Origin: an uncultured Planctomycetota bacterium
GTDB lineage: Bacteria; Planctomycetota; Planctomycetia; Gemmatales; Gemmataceae
DNA: 64,000 bases
Assembly (NCBI GenBank): GCA_963849325.1
Contig: CAWKHF010000012.1
Location: forward strand, 544,001 to 608,000
Direction of reading: 5' to 3'
Shown here: positions 24,788 through 34,666 of the stretch, piece after piece
How positions within the stretch are numbered: the stretch's first letter is position 1
Layout: the number at the start of each line of letters is the position of its first letter
Notes under the pieces: model-generated
Database searches by the model: none
Seen by the model: the letters and a program-made list of their open reading frames with translations, nothing else
Told to the model about the DNA's origin: nothing
Position numbers and translations under genes: made by a program

Positions 24788-26005
24788 ATGAGTGAACGAC
24801 GGGTCGGATTGTGGTTGATCGGCGCCTGCGGCGGCGTGGGCACCACGGCCACGCTGGGCCTGGCGGCCCTGGGCCGCGGCGTCAGCGACAGCACCTCGCT
24901 GGTGACGGCCTTGCCGCTGTTCGAGCCGCTCCACCTGGATGAGCCGGCCTGCTTCGTCGTCGGCGGCCACGAGATCCGCCGGGCCGGCTTTCGACAGACC
25001 GTCCGCGAATTGCAGAAACGCTCCAACATCTTCGAGCCGGACCTCGTCGACGGCCTGCCAGGAAGACCTGGAACGCTGGGAGGCCAACGTCCGGCCCGGC
25101 ACGCTGCTCAACTGCGGCCCGGCCATCGGTCGCCTGGCCGACCGCCCCGACCTGCGTCTGGACGACACGGCCCGCGAGGCCATCGAGCGCATCCAGGCCG
25201 ACCTGCGGACCTTCCGCGACACGCACAAGCTGGATCAGGTCGTCGTCCTCAACGTCGTCCTCGACGGAAGCCCCCTTCGAGACGGGCGAGGTCCACGAAT
25301 CGCTGGACCGGCTGACGCCGGCGCTGGACCGCCGCCAGGCGCCGCTGCCGGCGTCGTCGCTGTACGCCTGGGCCGCCCTCGATCTCGGTCTGCCGTACAT
25401 CAATTTCACGCCCTCGCTCGGCGCATCGATCCCGGCCCTGCTGGAGCTGGCCCAGCAGCGCCGCGCCGTCACCGGCGGCAAGGACGGCAAGACCGGCGAG
25501 ACCCTCATGAAGAGCGTGCTCGCCCCCATGTTCGCCCTGCGCAACTGGCAGATGCTCAGCTGGGTCGGCCACAACATCTTCGGCAACCGCGACGGCCAGG
25601 TCCTCGACGATCCGGCCAACAAGGCGTCGAAGGTCCGCACCAAGGACCAGGTCATTTCGTCCATCGTCGGCTACAAGCCGCAGACGCTGGTGACGATCGA
25701 GTACATCGAGTCGCTGGACGACTGGAAGACGGCGTGGAACCACATCCACTTTCAAGGGCTTTCTGGGCACGAAGATGACGTTGCAGTTCATCTGGCAGGG
25801 CTGCGATTCGATCCTGGCCGGCGCCGCTCGTGCTCGACCTGGCCGGCTGGCGCTGTTGGCCCAGCGGCGCGGCGAGGTCGGCGTGCTGCGCCACCTGGCT
25901 TGCTTCTTCAAGAACCCGATGGGCGTGCCGGAACACGACTTCTTCAAGCAGTTCGCCATGCTCGAAGAGTACGTCAAACAATTAACCACGGATGAACACA
26001 GATGA
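24788..26005 (+). CDS. ino1: myo-Inositol-1-phosphate synthase family protein; several frameshifts
   Basis: 'VGLWLIGACGGVGTT', 'YINFTPS', 'GKDGKTGETLMKSVLAPMF', 'NIFGNRDG', 'LDDWKTAW', 'WQGCDSILA', 'FFKNP'. Confidence 0.88.
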
Positions 26006-26087
26006 ACACGGATAAAAGAAAAAGGGAGTAAGAGTTCCTTGAATTGTTTGTCTTATCTGTGTTCATCTGTGTTCATCTGTGGTTAAT
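25981..26087. repeat. (ACACAGATGA)n / (TCATCTGTGT)n decamer inverted repeat, family C variant
   Basis: AACCACGGATGAACACAGATGAACACGGATAA...TTATCTGTGTTCATCTGTGTTCATCTGTGGTT; the left arm contains the ino1 stop codon. Confidence 0.85.
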
Positions 26088-26099
26088 TGGAGCGACCTC

Positions 26100-26947
26100 A
26101 TGAAAATCGCTTTCAGCACCAATGCGTATCTGAATTATTCCTTCGCCGAGGCAGTGCGTCGCCTCGCCGCGATCGGCTACCAGGGCGTCGAGATCATGGC
26201 CGACGTGCCGCACGCCTGGCCCGCCTTCCTGCTCGAAGAGCAGAAGCAGGCCATCCGCGACGCCCTGGCAGAGCAACGGCCTGGCGATCTCCAACGTCAA
26301 CGGCTTCATGATGCACGCCGTCAACGATTCGCGCCAGCGCTACTGGCATCCGTCGTGGATCGAGCCGGATCGCCACTATCGCCAGATCCGCATCGACCAC
26401 ACCAAACGCTGCCTGACCCTGGCCCGCGAGCTGGGCGCGCCCTGCATCACCACCGAACCGGGAGGGCCCGCTCGAACCGGGCGAGTCGTGGTCGAAGGCA
26501 CTGCAGTTGTTCGTCGAGGGACTCAAGCCGGTCGCCGAACATGCGGAAAAAGAGGGCGTGCTGCTGCTCGTCGAGCCGGAGCCGGGACTGCTCATCGAGA
26601 AGATGGATCAGTTCGAGGAGCTGATGCGGCACCTCGATTCGCCGGCCGTGGGACTGAACTTCGACATCGGCCATGCCTACTGCGTCGGCGACGAGCCGGC
26701 CACGACCATCCCGCGCATGGCCAAGTATATCCGCCACGTCCACCTGGAGGACATCGCCGCCACGCGCGTCCATCATCATCTCGTGCCCGGCGACGGCGCC
26801 ATCGACTTCGCTGCCACCCTGCGCGCCCTGCGCTCGATCGACTACCAAGGTTGGGTGACGATCGAACTGTATCCCTACGTCGAGAACCCGGACGAGGCCG
26901 CCCGCCGCGGCCGACAGCACATTCAGAGCATCCTCGCCACCCTATGA
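26100..26947 (+). CDS. Sugar-phosphate isomerase/epimerase (xylose-isomerase-like TIM barrel); frameshifted
   Basis: 'MKIAFSTNAY', 'GYQGVEI', 'LVEPEPG', 'FDIGH', 'HVHLED', 'PGDGAIDF', 'GWVTIELY'. Confidence 0.85.
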
Positions 26948-27832
26948 GTGATTTGCGCGCCTACGCCCAGCTTGTGCGTCTGCCCAATCTGCCGACCGCC
27001 CTGGCCGACATCTGCCTGGGCGTCCTGGCCGCGCAGGCGCTGCCGGAACATAGTCTCTCCTTCGCCCTGCTGCTGCCGGCGTCGGCCTGTCTTTACTCGG
27101 CCGGCATGGTCTGGAACGATTACTTCGACCGCGAGCAGGACCGTCGCCAACGCCCATTCCGGCCCCTGCCTTCCGGCCGCGTTTCGATGGGCCAGGCGGC
27201 GCGTCTGGGGACAATTCTCCTGCTGGTCGGCGTGGTCTTCGCTATGTTGGCCGGCGTGACGTCGGCGTGGGTCGCGCTCTGCCTGGCGGGGTCGATCCTG
27301 GCCTATGACGGCTGGCTCAAGCGCAGCCTGGGCCGGGCCGCTGACGATGGGGACGTGCCGCTTCCTGAACGTGCTGCTCGGCGTGTCCGTCTGCGGCTCG
27401 CTGCTGGGACCGCGCGGCGTCCACCTGGCGCTGGTCGTCGGTCTGTACATCGTCGGCGTGACGTGGTTCGCACGCACCGAGGCCCGGACGAGCAATCAAC
27501 ACGCCCTGCGTGGAGCGGCGGCTGTGATGCTCGTCAGCCTCGTCCTCGCCCTACCGCTGCCGGTGTTCCTGCCGGCGGGTCAGCACAGCTCCTTCCTGTT
27601 CCCGTATCTGCTTGTCGGCCTGGGCTTCCTCGTCGGCGTGCCGGTCGTCCGGGCCATCGCCAACCCGACGCCGATCTTCGTGCAGGCTGCGGTGAAGCGT
27701 TCGCTGATGGGACTGGTTCTGCTAGATGCCGTCCTGGCGACGGGGACCGCCGGATTCGTCGGTCTGGTGATCCTCGTTCTGCTGGCGCCGTCGCTGTATC
27801 TGAATCGCAAAAGTTGGCTCTACGCCACGTGA
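26944..27832 (+). CDS. UbiA-family prenyltransferase (EboC/SCO3242-like); frameshift near 27330
   Basis: 'LVRLPNLPTALAD', 'AGMVWNDYFDREQD...RPFRPLPSGR', 'AYD', 'MGTCRFLNVLLG'; multi-TM; ATGA overlap with the upstream gene. Confidence 0.88.
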
Positions 27833-27942
27833 CAAGCCCACGCGCCGGCGATGGGCATGGGGCAGCAATCCTCCGTTGCGCAATAATTGCCGGCAGATCT
27901 TCCCGAGATGCGGCCAATATATGAACCACTAACCCAATGCAT

Positions 27943-28033
27943 TTTGACCACGGATAACACGGATGACACGGATAAAGAAAACCAGAACGCTTCTTGGGTT
28001 TTATCCGTGTTATCCGTGTTATCCGTGGTCAAA
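27943..28033. repeat. Nonamer inverted repeat, family C
   Basis: TTTGACCACGGATAACACGGATGACACGGATAA...TTATCCGTGTTATCCGTGTTATCCGTGGTCAAA. Confidence 0.85.
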
Positions 28034-28075
28034 TAGCATTTAGTTTGTGCCTCTAATGGCGTACGCTGCGGACTT

Positions 28076-29014
28076 TCACAACAGCTTGCGCACGCTGGCG
28101 AGGTCATCTCCGCGTCGCTCTTGCTCCAGCAGGTCCGACGGCACGAACAGCCGGAACAGGCCGCGGGCCGGACAGGCGAGGACGTGCTGGGCCGTGATGT
28201 CCTGCCGGACGTTGGCGTCATTCAACAGGGCCAGCAGATCGTCGGACCCTGGTTGCGGCTGGCGGCGCAGCTGACGACGGAGGAACTCGTAGCGCGGACA
28301 GACGGGCGGCGCGGCGAGGTCGCGGTAATGGTTGGTGACCAGGAGCGGCTCGTCGTCGTGCGGCCGGCGCTGCCGGTACGTCCGCGGCGCGCGCTCGACG
28401 CAGACGCGCTGATCGTTGCGAGTGCCGGCCAGGGTGATGAGGGCGGCGCTGGCCAGCGGCGTCGAACAGGTCATCTCGACCGCCTCCTCGAACGAGCCGG
28501 CCGTATCCAGCAGGTGGCGCAGGAACAACAATACCGGATGGCCTTCCAGGTAGACCTCGCCCGTCAGGACCGCGTTGAGGACCACGGCGAAGCCCTGGCG
28601 CGATTGTCCACTGACGATGCCGGCGGCGCCGACGGCCCCGGCATGAACGCCGTTCGCCAGCGGTAACACGCAGCTGGCCCGAGCGATCTTGTCCGGCATC
28701 ATCCAGTCCATGTTGCGGGCCACGAACGGACCTTCCGCAGTGGCCAGCACCATCGTCGAACAGCCGAACAGACCGAGGAACAGGTCGTAACTGATGTTGG
28801 CCAACGTCAGATCGATGGGATCGGCCCCCAGCAGGCGGGCGCCGGCGTCGATCTGTTCGGCGTGCCGCGGGAAGCGCTGTCGCACCAGCAGGGCCGCACG
28901 CCGGGCCACGGGATGACCGCGGAGTTGCTCGGCGATGTCCGCCAACAAGGTGCGGGCGTGCTCGATCAGCGGCGCCGGGTACGGTTCCTGCACGAGCGGG
29001 CATTCGTGTATCAT
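28076..29014 (-). CDS. Ntn-hydrolase (C45 / acid-ceramidase/NAAA-like amidase)
   Basis: Autoprocessing site 'GC.ST', then 'ARNMDW', 'VLNA', 'VTNHY'. Confidence 0.75.
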   Translation of the reverse strand: MIHECPLVQEPYPAPLIEHARTLLADIAEQLRGHPVARRAALLVRQRFPRHAEQIDAGARLLGADPIDLTLANISYDLFLGLFGCSTMVLATAEGPFVARNMDWMMPDKIARASCVLPLANGVHAGAVGAAGIVSGQSRQGFAVVLNAVLTGEVYLEGHPVLLFLRHLLDTAGSFEEAVEMTCSTPLASAALITLAGTRNDQRVCVERAPRTYRQRRPHDDEPLLVTNHYRDLAAPPVCPRYEFLRRQLRRQPQPGSDDLLALLNDANVRQDITAQHVLACPARGLFRLFVPSDLLEQERRGDDLASVRKLL

Positions 29015-29270
29015 GTACGTCTCCGAAGGAGTGCTGTCATCCCTTCTCCATTCTAACGGGGCGGCGCGGCCTGCATTCTTCGCTACAATCGGTAAGGCTC
29101 GCGCCGCGGCCGCCGTCGCCGCCTCTTACCCGGTCAATTGCATTGACAGGGCCGGTGGATCTTTTAAACTGGAATAAGTTCCCCTTCTGCGAACGGTGTG
29201 GGACGGCGGCACATCGACCTCCCGGCACCTCTCGCGTCCGTTGCTCGTTCCTGTCCACGAGGTTGCACCG

Positions 29271-30794
29271 ATGCCCCCGAAATCCGCGCAGGCTGAGTCG
29301 AAACAAGGTCTCATCATCACCCTGGTTTTCTTCATCCTGGCGACCATCGGCCTGGGCGTGTCCACCTACTTCGGCTTCGCCGATCAGGAGGCCAAGGACA
29401 AGGCCGTCAAGAAGGCCGAGGGTGATGCGAAGACTTTTAAGGACGAGCGCGACTGGTACAGGCTCCAGGCCGAATTGTACCGCAGTTACATGGGTCAGGC
29501 ACAGAACCTCGACCTGGCCAGCCTGGGCACCCGCAAGAGCCAGCTCGAGCAGGGCACGATGAAGATCGGCGACTTCAAGGACAAGGACGACGTCACCAAG
29601 ATCCTCAAGGACTTCGACAAGCGTTTCCAATGGAACGCCAAGGAGAACAAGCCGGACAGGACCTACGAGAGCGACCTCGACAAGTTGAAAACGGATTACG
29701 CGGCACTGGAGAAACGCAGCCGAGACTTGACGACGGCCCTGAACGAGGAAACGGTCAAGCGACAAAAGGCCGACGATCAGCTGAAGGAAGCCCAGGACAC
29801 CTACATGAAGGAGCTGGCGGCGCTGGGCAAGAAAGGCACCGACGACCTCAGCACCGATCGCAAGTCGATCGAGGAGTTGCGTGCCGACCTCGGCCGCCTG
29901 AGCGACGAGCGCCAGAAGGACAAGAACAAGGCAGACCAGGATCTCGAAAGTGCTGAAAGACCAGTTGGTGAAGCTGGAAAAGGACAAGAAGTTCCTCAAC
30001 GAGCGCATCAAGGACCAGAAAGAGCGGCTGGAGGCGATCGCGGCCCGCAGCACGGAGGCGCCGCCGACGTTGCGGACGGATTGGAAGATTATCGAGATGG
30101 ATCGGCGCGGCACCAACCCGTACATCAACCTCGGCTCGGCGGACCACGTCAAGCCGCAGCTGACGTTCAGCATCCACGGCGTCGGACTCGACGGCCGACC
30201 CATCGGGCCGCCCAAGGGCACGCTGGAGGTGGTCAACGTGATCGGCGACCACCTGTCGCGGACGCGCGTCACCGCCGTGAAGGATCCCAACCGCGATCCG
30301 ATCCTCAAAGGCGACGTGCTGTACAATCCGAGCTGGAACCCGATCCTCAAGAAGCACGTGGCCCTGGCCGGCATCATGGACCTGACCGGCGACGGCCGCG
30401 ACAGCCTGGCCGAGTTCATGCGCAACCTGGAGCGGCAGAACGTCATCGTCGATGCCTGGCTGGACCCCAAGGACTACTCGATCAAGGGCAAGGGCATCAC
30501 GGTGCGGACGGACTACCTGATTCAGGGCGAGAGCATGGAGTTCTCCGAGACCGGCCGGCGCGGGATCCGGCGGTGGCGAAGGGTCTGGACCTGGGCATCC
30601 AGCAGATGAAGGACCAGGCCCTCAAGAACGGCGTGGCCGTCATCGCCCTGAACAAGTACCTGGAGATGATCGGCTATCGCCTGCCGCGCGAAACCAGGGC
30701 GGAGCGGTCGTCGCTGTACACTCCCAGCTTTCGTCCCGAATCGCGGCCGCCCGCCGGTAAGCTGCCGCCGCCCGCCGCGGCGCCCGACAAATGA
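29271..30794 (+). CDS. Membrane-anchored long coiled-coil protein with a BRCT-like C-terminus (planctomycete-type); two frameshifts
   Basis: N-terminal TM 'GLIITLVFFILATIGLGVSTYFGF', K/E/D-rich heptads, 'YINLGSADHVKPQLTFSI', 'ITVRTDYLI.G'; strongly biased codon usage. Confidence 0.65.
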   Translation: MPPKSAQAESKQGLIITLVFFILATIGLGVSTYFGFADQEAKDKAVKKAEGDAKTFKDERDWYRLQAELYRSYMGQAQNLDLASLGTRKSQLEQGTMKIGDFKDKDDVTKILKDFDKRFQWNAKENKPDRTYESDLDKLKTDYAALEKRSRDLTTALNEETVKRQKADDQLKEAQDTYMKELAALGKKGTDDLSTDRKSIEELRADLGRLSDERQKDKNKADQDLESAERPVGEAGKGQEVPQRAHQGPERAAGGDRGPQHGGAADVADGLEDYRDGSARHQPVHQPRLGGPRQAAADVQHPRRRTRRPTHRAAQGHAGGGQRDRRPPVADARHRREGSQPRSDPQRRRAVQSELEPDPQEARGPGRHHGPDRRRPRQPGRVHAQPGAAERHRRCLAGPQGLLDQGQGHHGADGLPDSGREHGVLRDRPARDPAVAKGLDLGIQQMKDQALKNGVAVIALNKYLEMIGYRLPRETRAERSSLYTPSFRPESRPPAGKLPPPAAAPDK

Positions 30795-30826
30795 TTCGCC
30801 ATGTCCCGTCATGGCGAACCATCTCG

Positions 30827-30860
30827 CCGGCCCCGCGCCCCCCGCGGGGTCGGCTTTTTT
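30827..30860 (+). terminator. Rho-independent terminator
   Basis: GCCGGCCCCGCG-CCCCC-CGCGGGGTCGGC hairpin followed by TTTTTT, just after the stop at 30794. Confidence 0.7.
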
Positions 30861-30892
30861 GTTCCAGCCGGCGAGCGAGGGATCGATAGTTA

Positions 30893-31523
30893 TTATTTCG
30901 CTTTCTCGCGCTCCAACTCGATCTCGGCATTGAGGCGCTCGTACTCGGCTTGGGCGTAGTCGGCCTGGTTTGATCGGCCCACGTCGTAACTTTCTTTAGT
31001 CTCCTTGGCTCCAGCTGTCACCCATTTGAGATGCCGTTCATGCGCCGCGACACGATCTGCCTTTTTGTTGCTCAATTCCAACTCGGCTTTCAGCAGACGC
31101 GATGAACCTTCAATCACAAGACCGATTGTGCCGTCTTGATGCCCCTCTCGGTATCTTTGATAACGCAGCTTCACTTCCAATTCCGCCATGTCACGTCGTT
31201 CTTTGAGGAACTTCCGCAATCGTTCCTCTACCTTGCCGCCCACCGCCTTGCCCGGCGACATCCTTCACCGGCTTCTTGGCCGGCTTCTTGGCAGGTTGCT
31301 CCGTTTGGGGAGCAGAATCTTGAGCGTATAGGTAGTAGGTGCCGAGTCCAGTGCCGCCTAGCGCCGCCAGCGCCAGGATCACCGCGAGAGTCCCTTTGAT
31401 CTTGCTCAGGAACATGGCGTGTAACACTCCTTCCGTCAGCGTGATGATGGTAACCGATACCGCCGCGCCGCGGCCGAGTCGGCGGAGGTAAGCGAGGAGC
31501 GCCGGTCGCCGTCCCTCGGACAT
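30893..31523 (-). CDS. Small exported helical protein resembling a planctomycete ECF sigma factor without its sigma core; frameshift near 31255
   Basis: MSEGRRPALLAYLRRL... then 'LTEGVLHAMFLSKIK', a TM helix and a helical domain 'RLLKAELEL...AEYERLNAEIELER'. Confidence 0.55.
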
Positions 31524-31584
31524 GCGAAGACCCCTCCTCTCGAAACACTCCATCCTTGTAGTGCAGCCAGCTAGGTTCGTGCTT

Positions 31585-33128
31585 TCACTTTTCGGATTCT
31601 TTTTTCCGCGATTTGTCCCGCATGAACGTGCGGCCCAGGAAACGCAGCCTGACAAACTCGGCGTCGTCGTTCATCTCGAAAACGACCGTCTCCGCTCGCA
31701 CGGCCGCCGGCAGACGACGATTGTTGTCCAGTGTCATAAATGTGTCGTAATGGAAATGCTTCAGCGAAAGGTGGAAGCTGCTCCAGTCCAGGACCAGCGA
31801 ATCGCCTTCCAGCCCGATCTTCACGGTGCCATAGGCCGGTTCCGTGTACGTTCCGGTATACTCCTCCAGTTCGCGCGAGGGCTTCGTCCCCAGCACGCGG
31901 CGGGAACGCTGGACCCTGGTGCTCCTTGCGGGCCGCCTCCGTTCGCTCGTGCTGGTCCTTGAAGAAGGCATTCCAGTCCTTTTTCTCCACGCCGAGTAGG
32001 TGATCCAGCAGGGTGTTGCCCGCCGCGTTGACGATCTCCATGTCCTCCAGGTTGGTCAGCAGGACCAGCCCCAGTTTCTTCCGAGGCACGAGGATGACGC
32101 GCGCTCGGAAGCCCTCCACCGCGCCGCCGTGCTCATGGACGGCATGACCGCGATACTCGCTGATGTGCCAGCCCAGACCGTAGCTGGCCTGCGTCGCCCC
32201 GGCGGCGCGTTCGGCGGCGCTGAGCGGCACGATCGGGATTTGTCCGCGCGTGCGTCTCATGCAGCGCGTCGGCGGAGACCAGGCGTCGGCCATCGTGTAC
32301 CCCTTCGGCCAGCTGGAAGCGCAGCCACCGACTGAGGTCGCGCACGCTCGCCTTGATCGACCCCGAAGCGCGGATCTGCCTGTCATCGTCGTACCAGGGA
32401 ATGACCTCGACATTCCCGGAAGCATCGTGGCCGTGCGGGCTGGCGTGGTCCGGCGCTTTGCGGGCTTCGCCGCTGGTGAAGACGACGCCGTTCATGTGCA
32501 GCGGTTGCAGGAGACGTTCGCGGACGAACTCGTGCCAGGGCTTTTTCGCCGCCGACGAGATGGCCAGGCCGGCCGCGAGGTAAGCGAGATTGTTGTACTC
32601 GTACTTCGAGCGGAAGGAACTGCTGCGCGACAGGAAGGCCATGCGGCGGACGCTCTCTTCCACACTCCAGGGAGCGCGATACCAGAGCAGGTCGTGACGG
32701 GCCAGGCCGATGCGGTGACAGAGCAGGTCGCGCAGCCGAACGTCGCGGTCGGCCAACGGATCGTCCAGGCGGAACCAGGGCAGGTGCTTGCGAACCGGAT
32801 CGTCCCAGTCGGCCTTGCCCTCATCGACCAAAATAGCCAGCGCCGTGGCCGTGAACGCCTTGGTGCAGGAGCCAATGGCGAACAGCGTGTTCGGCGTCAC
32901 GAGCTTGTCGCCGCCCCGCTCGCGCACGCCCCTGGCGAAGTAAACCGTCTTCCCCTCCCGGACGACGGCGACGGCGATGCCGGGAGCGTGCCAAGCCTTG
33001 AGCGTCTCGTCGAGGATGCCGTCGATGACTGTGGAATCCGGCGGTTCCGCCGCGTGGGCCGCCGGCAGATTCGCCGTCAGCGCGAACACAAGGAGGAGTA
33101 ATCGCAGGACGAAAATCCGTGATGCCAT
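31585..33128 (-). CDS. Serine hydrolase (beta-lactamase class C-like) with C-terminal DUF3471; frameshifted
   Basis: Signal peptide; SxxK 'GSCTKAF'; 'YEYNN'; 'HGGAVEGF'; DUF3471-like 'LEEYTGTYTEPAYG'. Confidence 0.88.
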
Positions 33129-33152
33129 CCGTATGACCTCCAATCGCTCTCT

Positions 33153-33214
33153 TGCAAGCCCGGATCGCCAGCGTTGGGTTTTTGCAACCCGTCGCTGAGG
33201 CTCTCGGGCTTGCA
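33153..33214. repeat. Degenerate REP-like palindrome (family B-like) in a divergent intergenic region
   Basis: TGCAAGCCCGGATCGCCAGCG...CGCTGAGGCTCTCGGGCTTGCA. Confidence 0.55.
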
Positions 33215-33277
33215 TGGAAACGTCCCCTTGCCTCGCCCTTGTAGAATGAAGACATGATACCGTATTCTACGATTGCC

Positions 33278-34648
33278 ATGACCGAACCGCGGGTGACATT
33301 CTGGGGGGCTGCGCAGTCCGTGACCGGCTCGATGCACCTGGTCGAGGTCGGATCGCAGCGTCTGCTGCTCGATTGCGGCCTGGTGCGCGGCCGGCGCGAC
33401 GAGGCCCGCCAACGCAACAGTCACTTCCCCTTCGATCCGGCGAGCCTCGACGCCGTGATCCTCAGCCACGCCCACGTCGATCACTGCGGCAATCTGCCCA
33501 ACCTGGTCCGTCACGGCTTTCGCGGCCCGATCTACTGTACGCCCGCCACCCGCGACCTGACCGCCGTCATGCTCGCCGACTCCGGCCGCGTCCAGGAAGA
33601 AGACGCGGTCGTCGCCGGCGTCGTCGGCCAGCGGCACATCGCCGAGACCGCGCTGTACACGCGCGACGACGCTCGGCGGACCATCGATCTCTGCATCCCC
33701 GTGCCCTACGATCACGACTTCGCCCTCGGCGCGGACGTGCAACTGCGTTTCGTGGACGCCGGCCACATCCTCGGCTCGGCCCTGACGGTGCTGACCTTGG
33801 CCTACGCCGGGCGGACGTACCGGCTCACCTTCACGGGCGACCTGGGGAGGCGCGGCCTGCCGTATCTGCATCCGCCGTCGCCGGTGCCGGCCGCGGACCT
33901 GATTCTCTGCGAGTGTACTTACGGCGGCCGCAAGCACGACACGCTGGAGGTCATGGCCGCCAAGATGAGCCAGGTGGTCCGCGGCGCCGTGGCTCGCGGC
34001 GGCAAGGTACTGATACCCGCCTTCAGTTTGGGCCGCACGCAGCTCGTGCTGTACTTTTTGCAGCGCTGGATGCGCGACGGCATCCTGCCGCGTCTGCCGA
34101 TCTTCGTCGATAGTCCGCTGGCCGCCGAGATCGCGCTGGTGTACCAGCGCTACGCCGACGCCTTCGAGTCGCTGCCGCCCGCCGGATTGCCGCCGGTCCA
34201 CTACTTCCGTTCGCCGGAGGAGGCCCGCGTCGTCAGCACGCAGCCAGAGTCGTGCGTCCTCGTCGCCTCCGGCGGCATGTGCGACGGCGGCCGCATCATC
34301 TCCCATCTCCGCCTGCACATCGACGACCCGCGCACCAGCATCGTCCTGGTCAGCTACCAGGCGCCGCAGACCCTTGGCGGCGCAGCTGCTCCAGTTGCGG
34401 CCGACCGTGCGCTTCCACGGCCGCAACTGGAACAAGTGGGCCGAGGTCGTTTCGATCAACGGCTTCTCCGGCCACGCCGACCACGACGACTTCCTGGCCC
34501 TGCTCGGTTCGGCGCGCGGCGAGACGGGCAAGGTCCGCCTCGTCCACGGCGAACCGCCGCAGGCCGAGGCGCTGGCCGCCGGCCTGCGCAACTGGGCTTC
34601 GCCGATGTGGCCGTGCCGCGCCGCGAGGAGCAGGTCATGGTTCCCTGA
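33278..34648 (+). CDS. MBL-fold beta-CASP metallo-hydrolase (RNA-processing exonuclease family); frameshifts near 34380 and 34590
   Basis: 'GAAQSVTGS', 'LDCG', 'SHAHVDHCG', 'AGHILGS', 'GDLG', 'ECTYG', 'FSGHAD', 'LVHGE'. Confidence 0.92.
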   Translation: MTEPRVTFWGAAQSVTGSMHLVEVGSQRLLLDCGLVRGRRDEARQRNSHFPFDPASLDAVILSHAHVDHCGNLPNLVRHGFRGPIYCTPATRDLTAVMLADSGRVQEEDAVVAGVVGQRHIAETALYTRDDARRTIDLCIPVPYDHDFALGADVQLRFVDAGHILGSALTVLTLAYAGRTYRLTFTGDLGRRGLPYLHPPSPVPAADLILCECTYGGRKHDTLEVMAAKMSQVVRGAVARGGKVLIPAFSLGRTQLVLYFLQRWMRDGILPRLPIFVDSPLAAEIALVYQRYADAFESLPPAGLPPVHYFRSPEEARVVSTQPESCVLVASGGMCDGGRIISHLRLHIDDPRTSIVLVSYQAPQTLGGAAAPVAADRALPRPQLEQVGRGRFDQRLLRPRRPRRLPGPARFGARRDGQGPPRPRRTAAGRGAGRRPAQLGFADVAVPRREEQVMVP

Positions 34649-34666
34649 CGGAGCCGCCGCAAGCAG

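Noticed and set aside
23144-28033. Family C, family A or heptamer repeats as a CRISPR array
   Set aside because: The units are 7-10-bp tandem or dispersed palindromes, not 23-47-bp direct repeats with unique spacers, and there are no cas genes.
31585-34648. Beta-lactam resistance locus (serine hydrolase + MBL fold)
   Set aside because: The MBL protein has beta-CASP nuclease motifs, and the serine hydrolase is a generic DUF3471-type enzyme. Neither is evidence of resistance.
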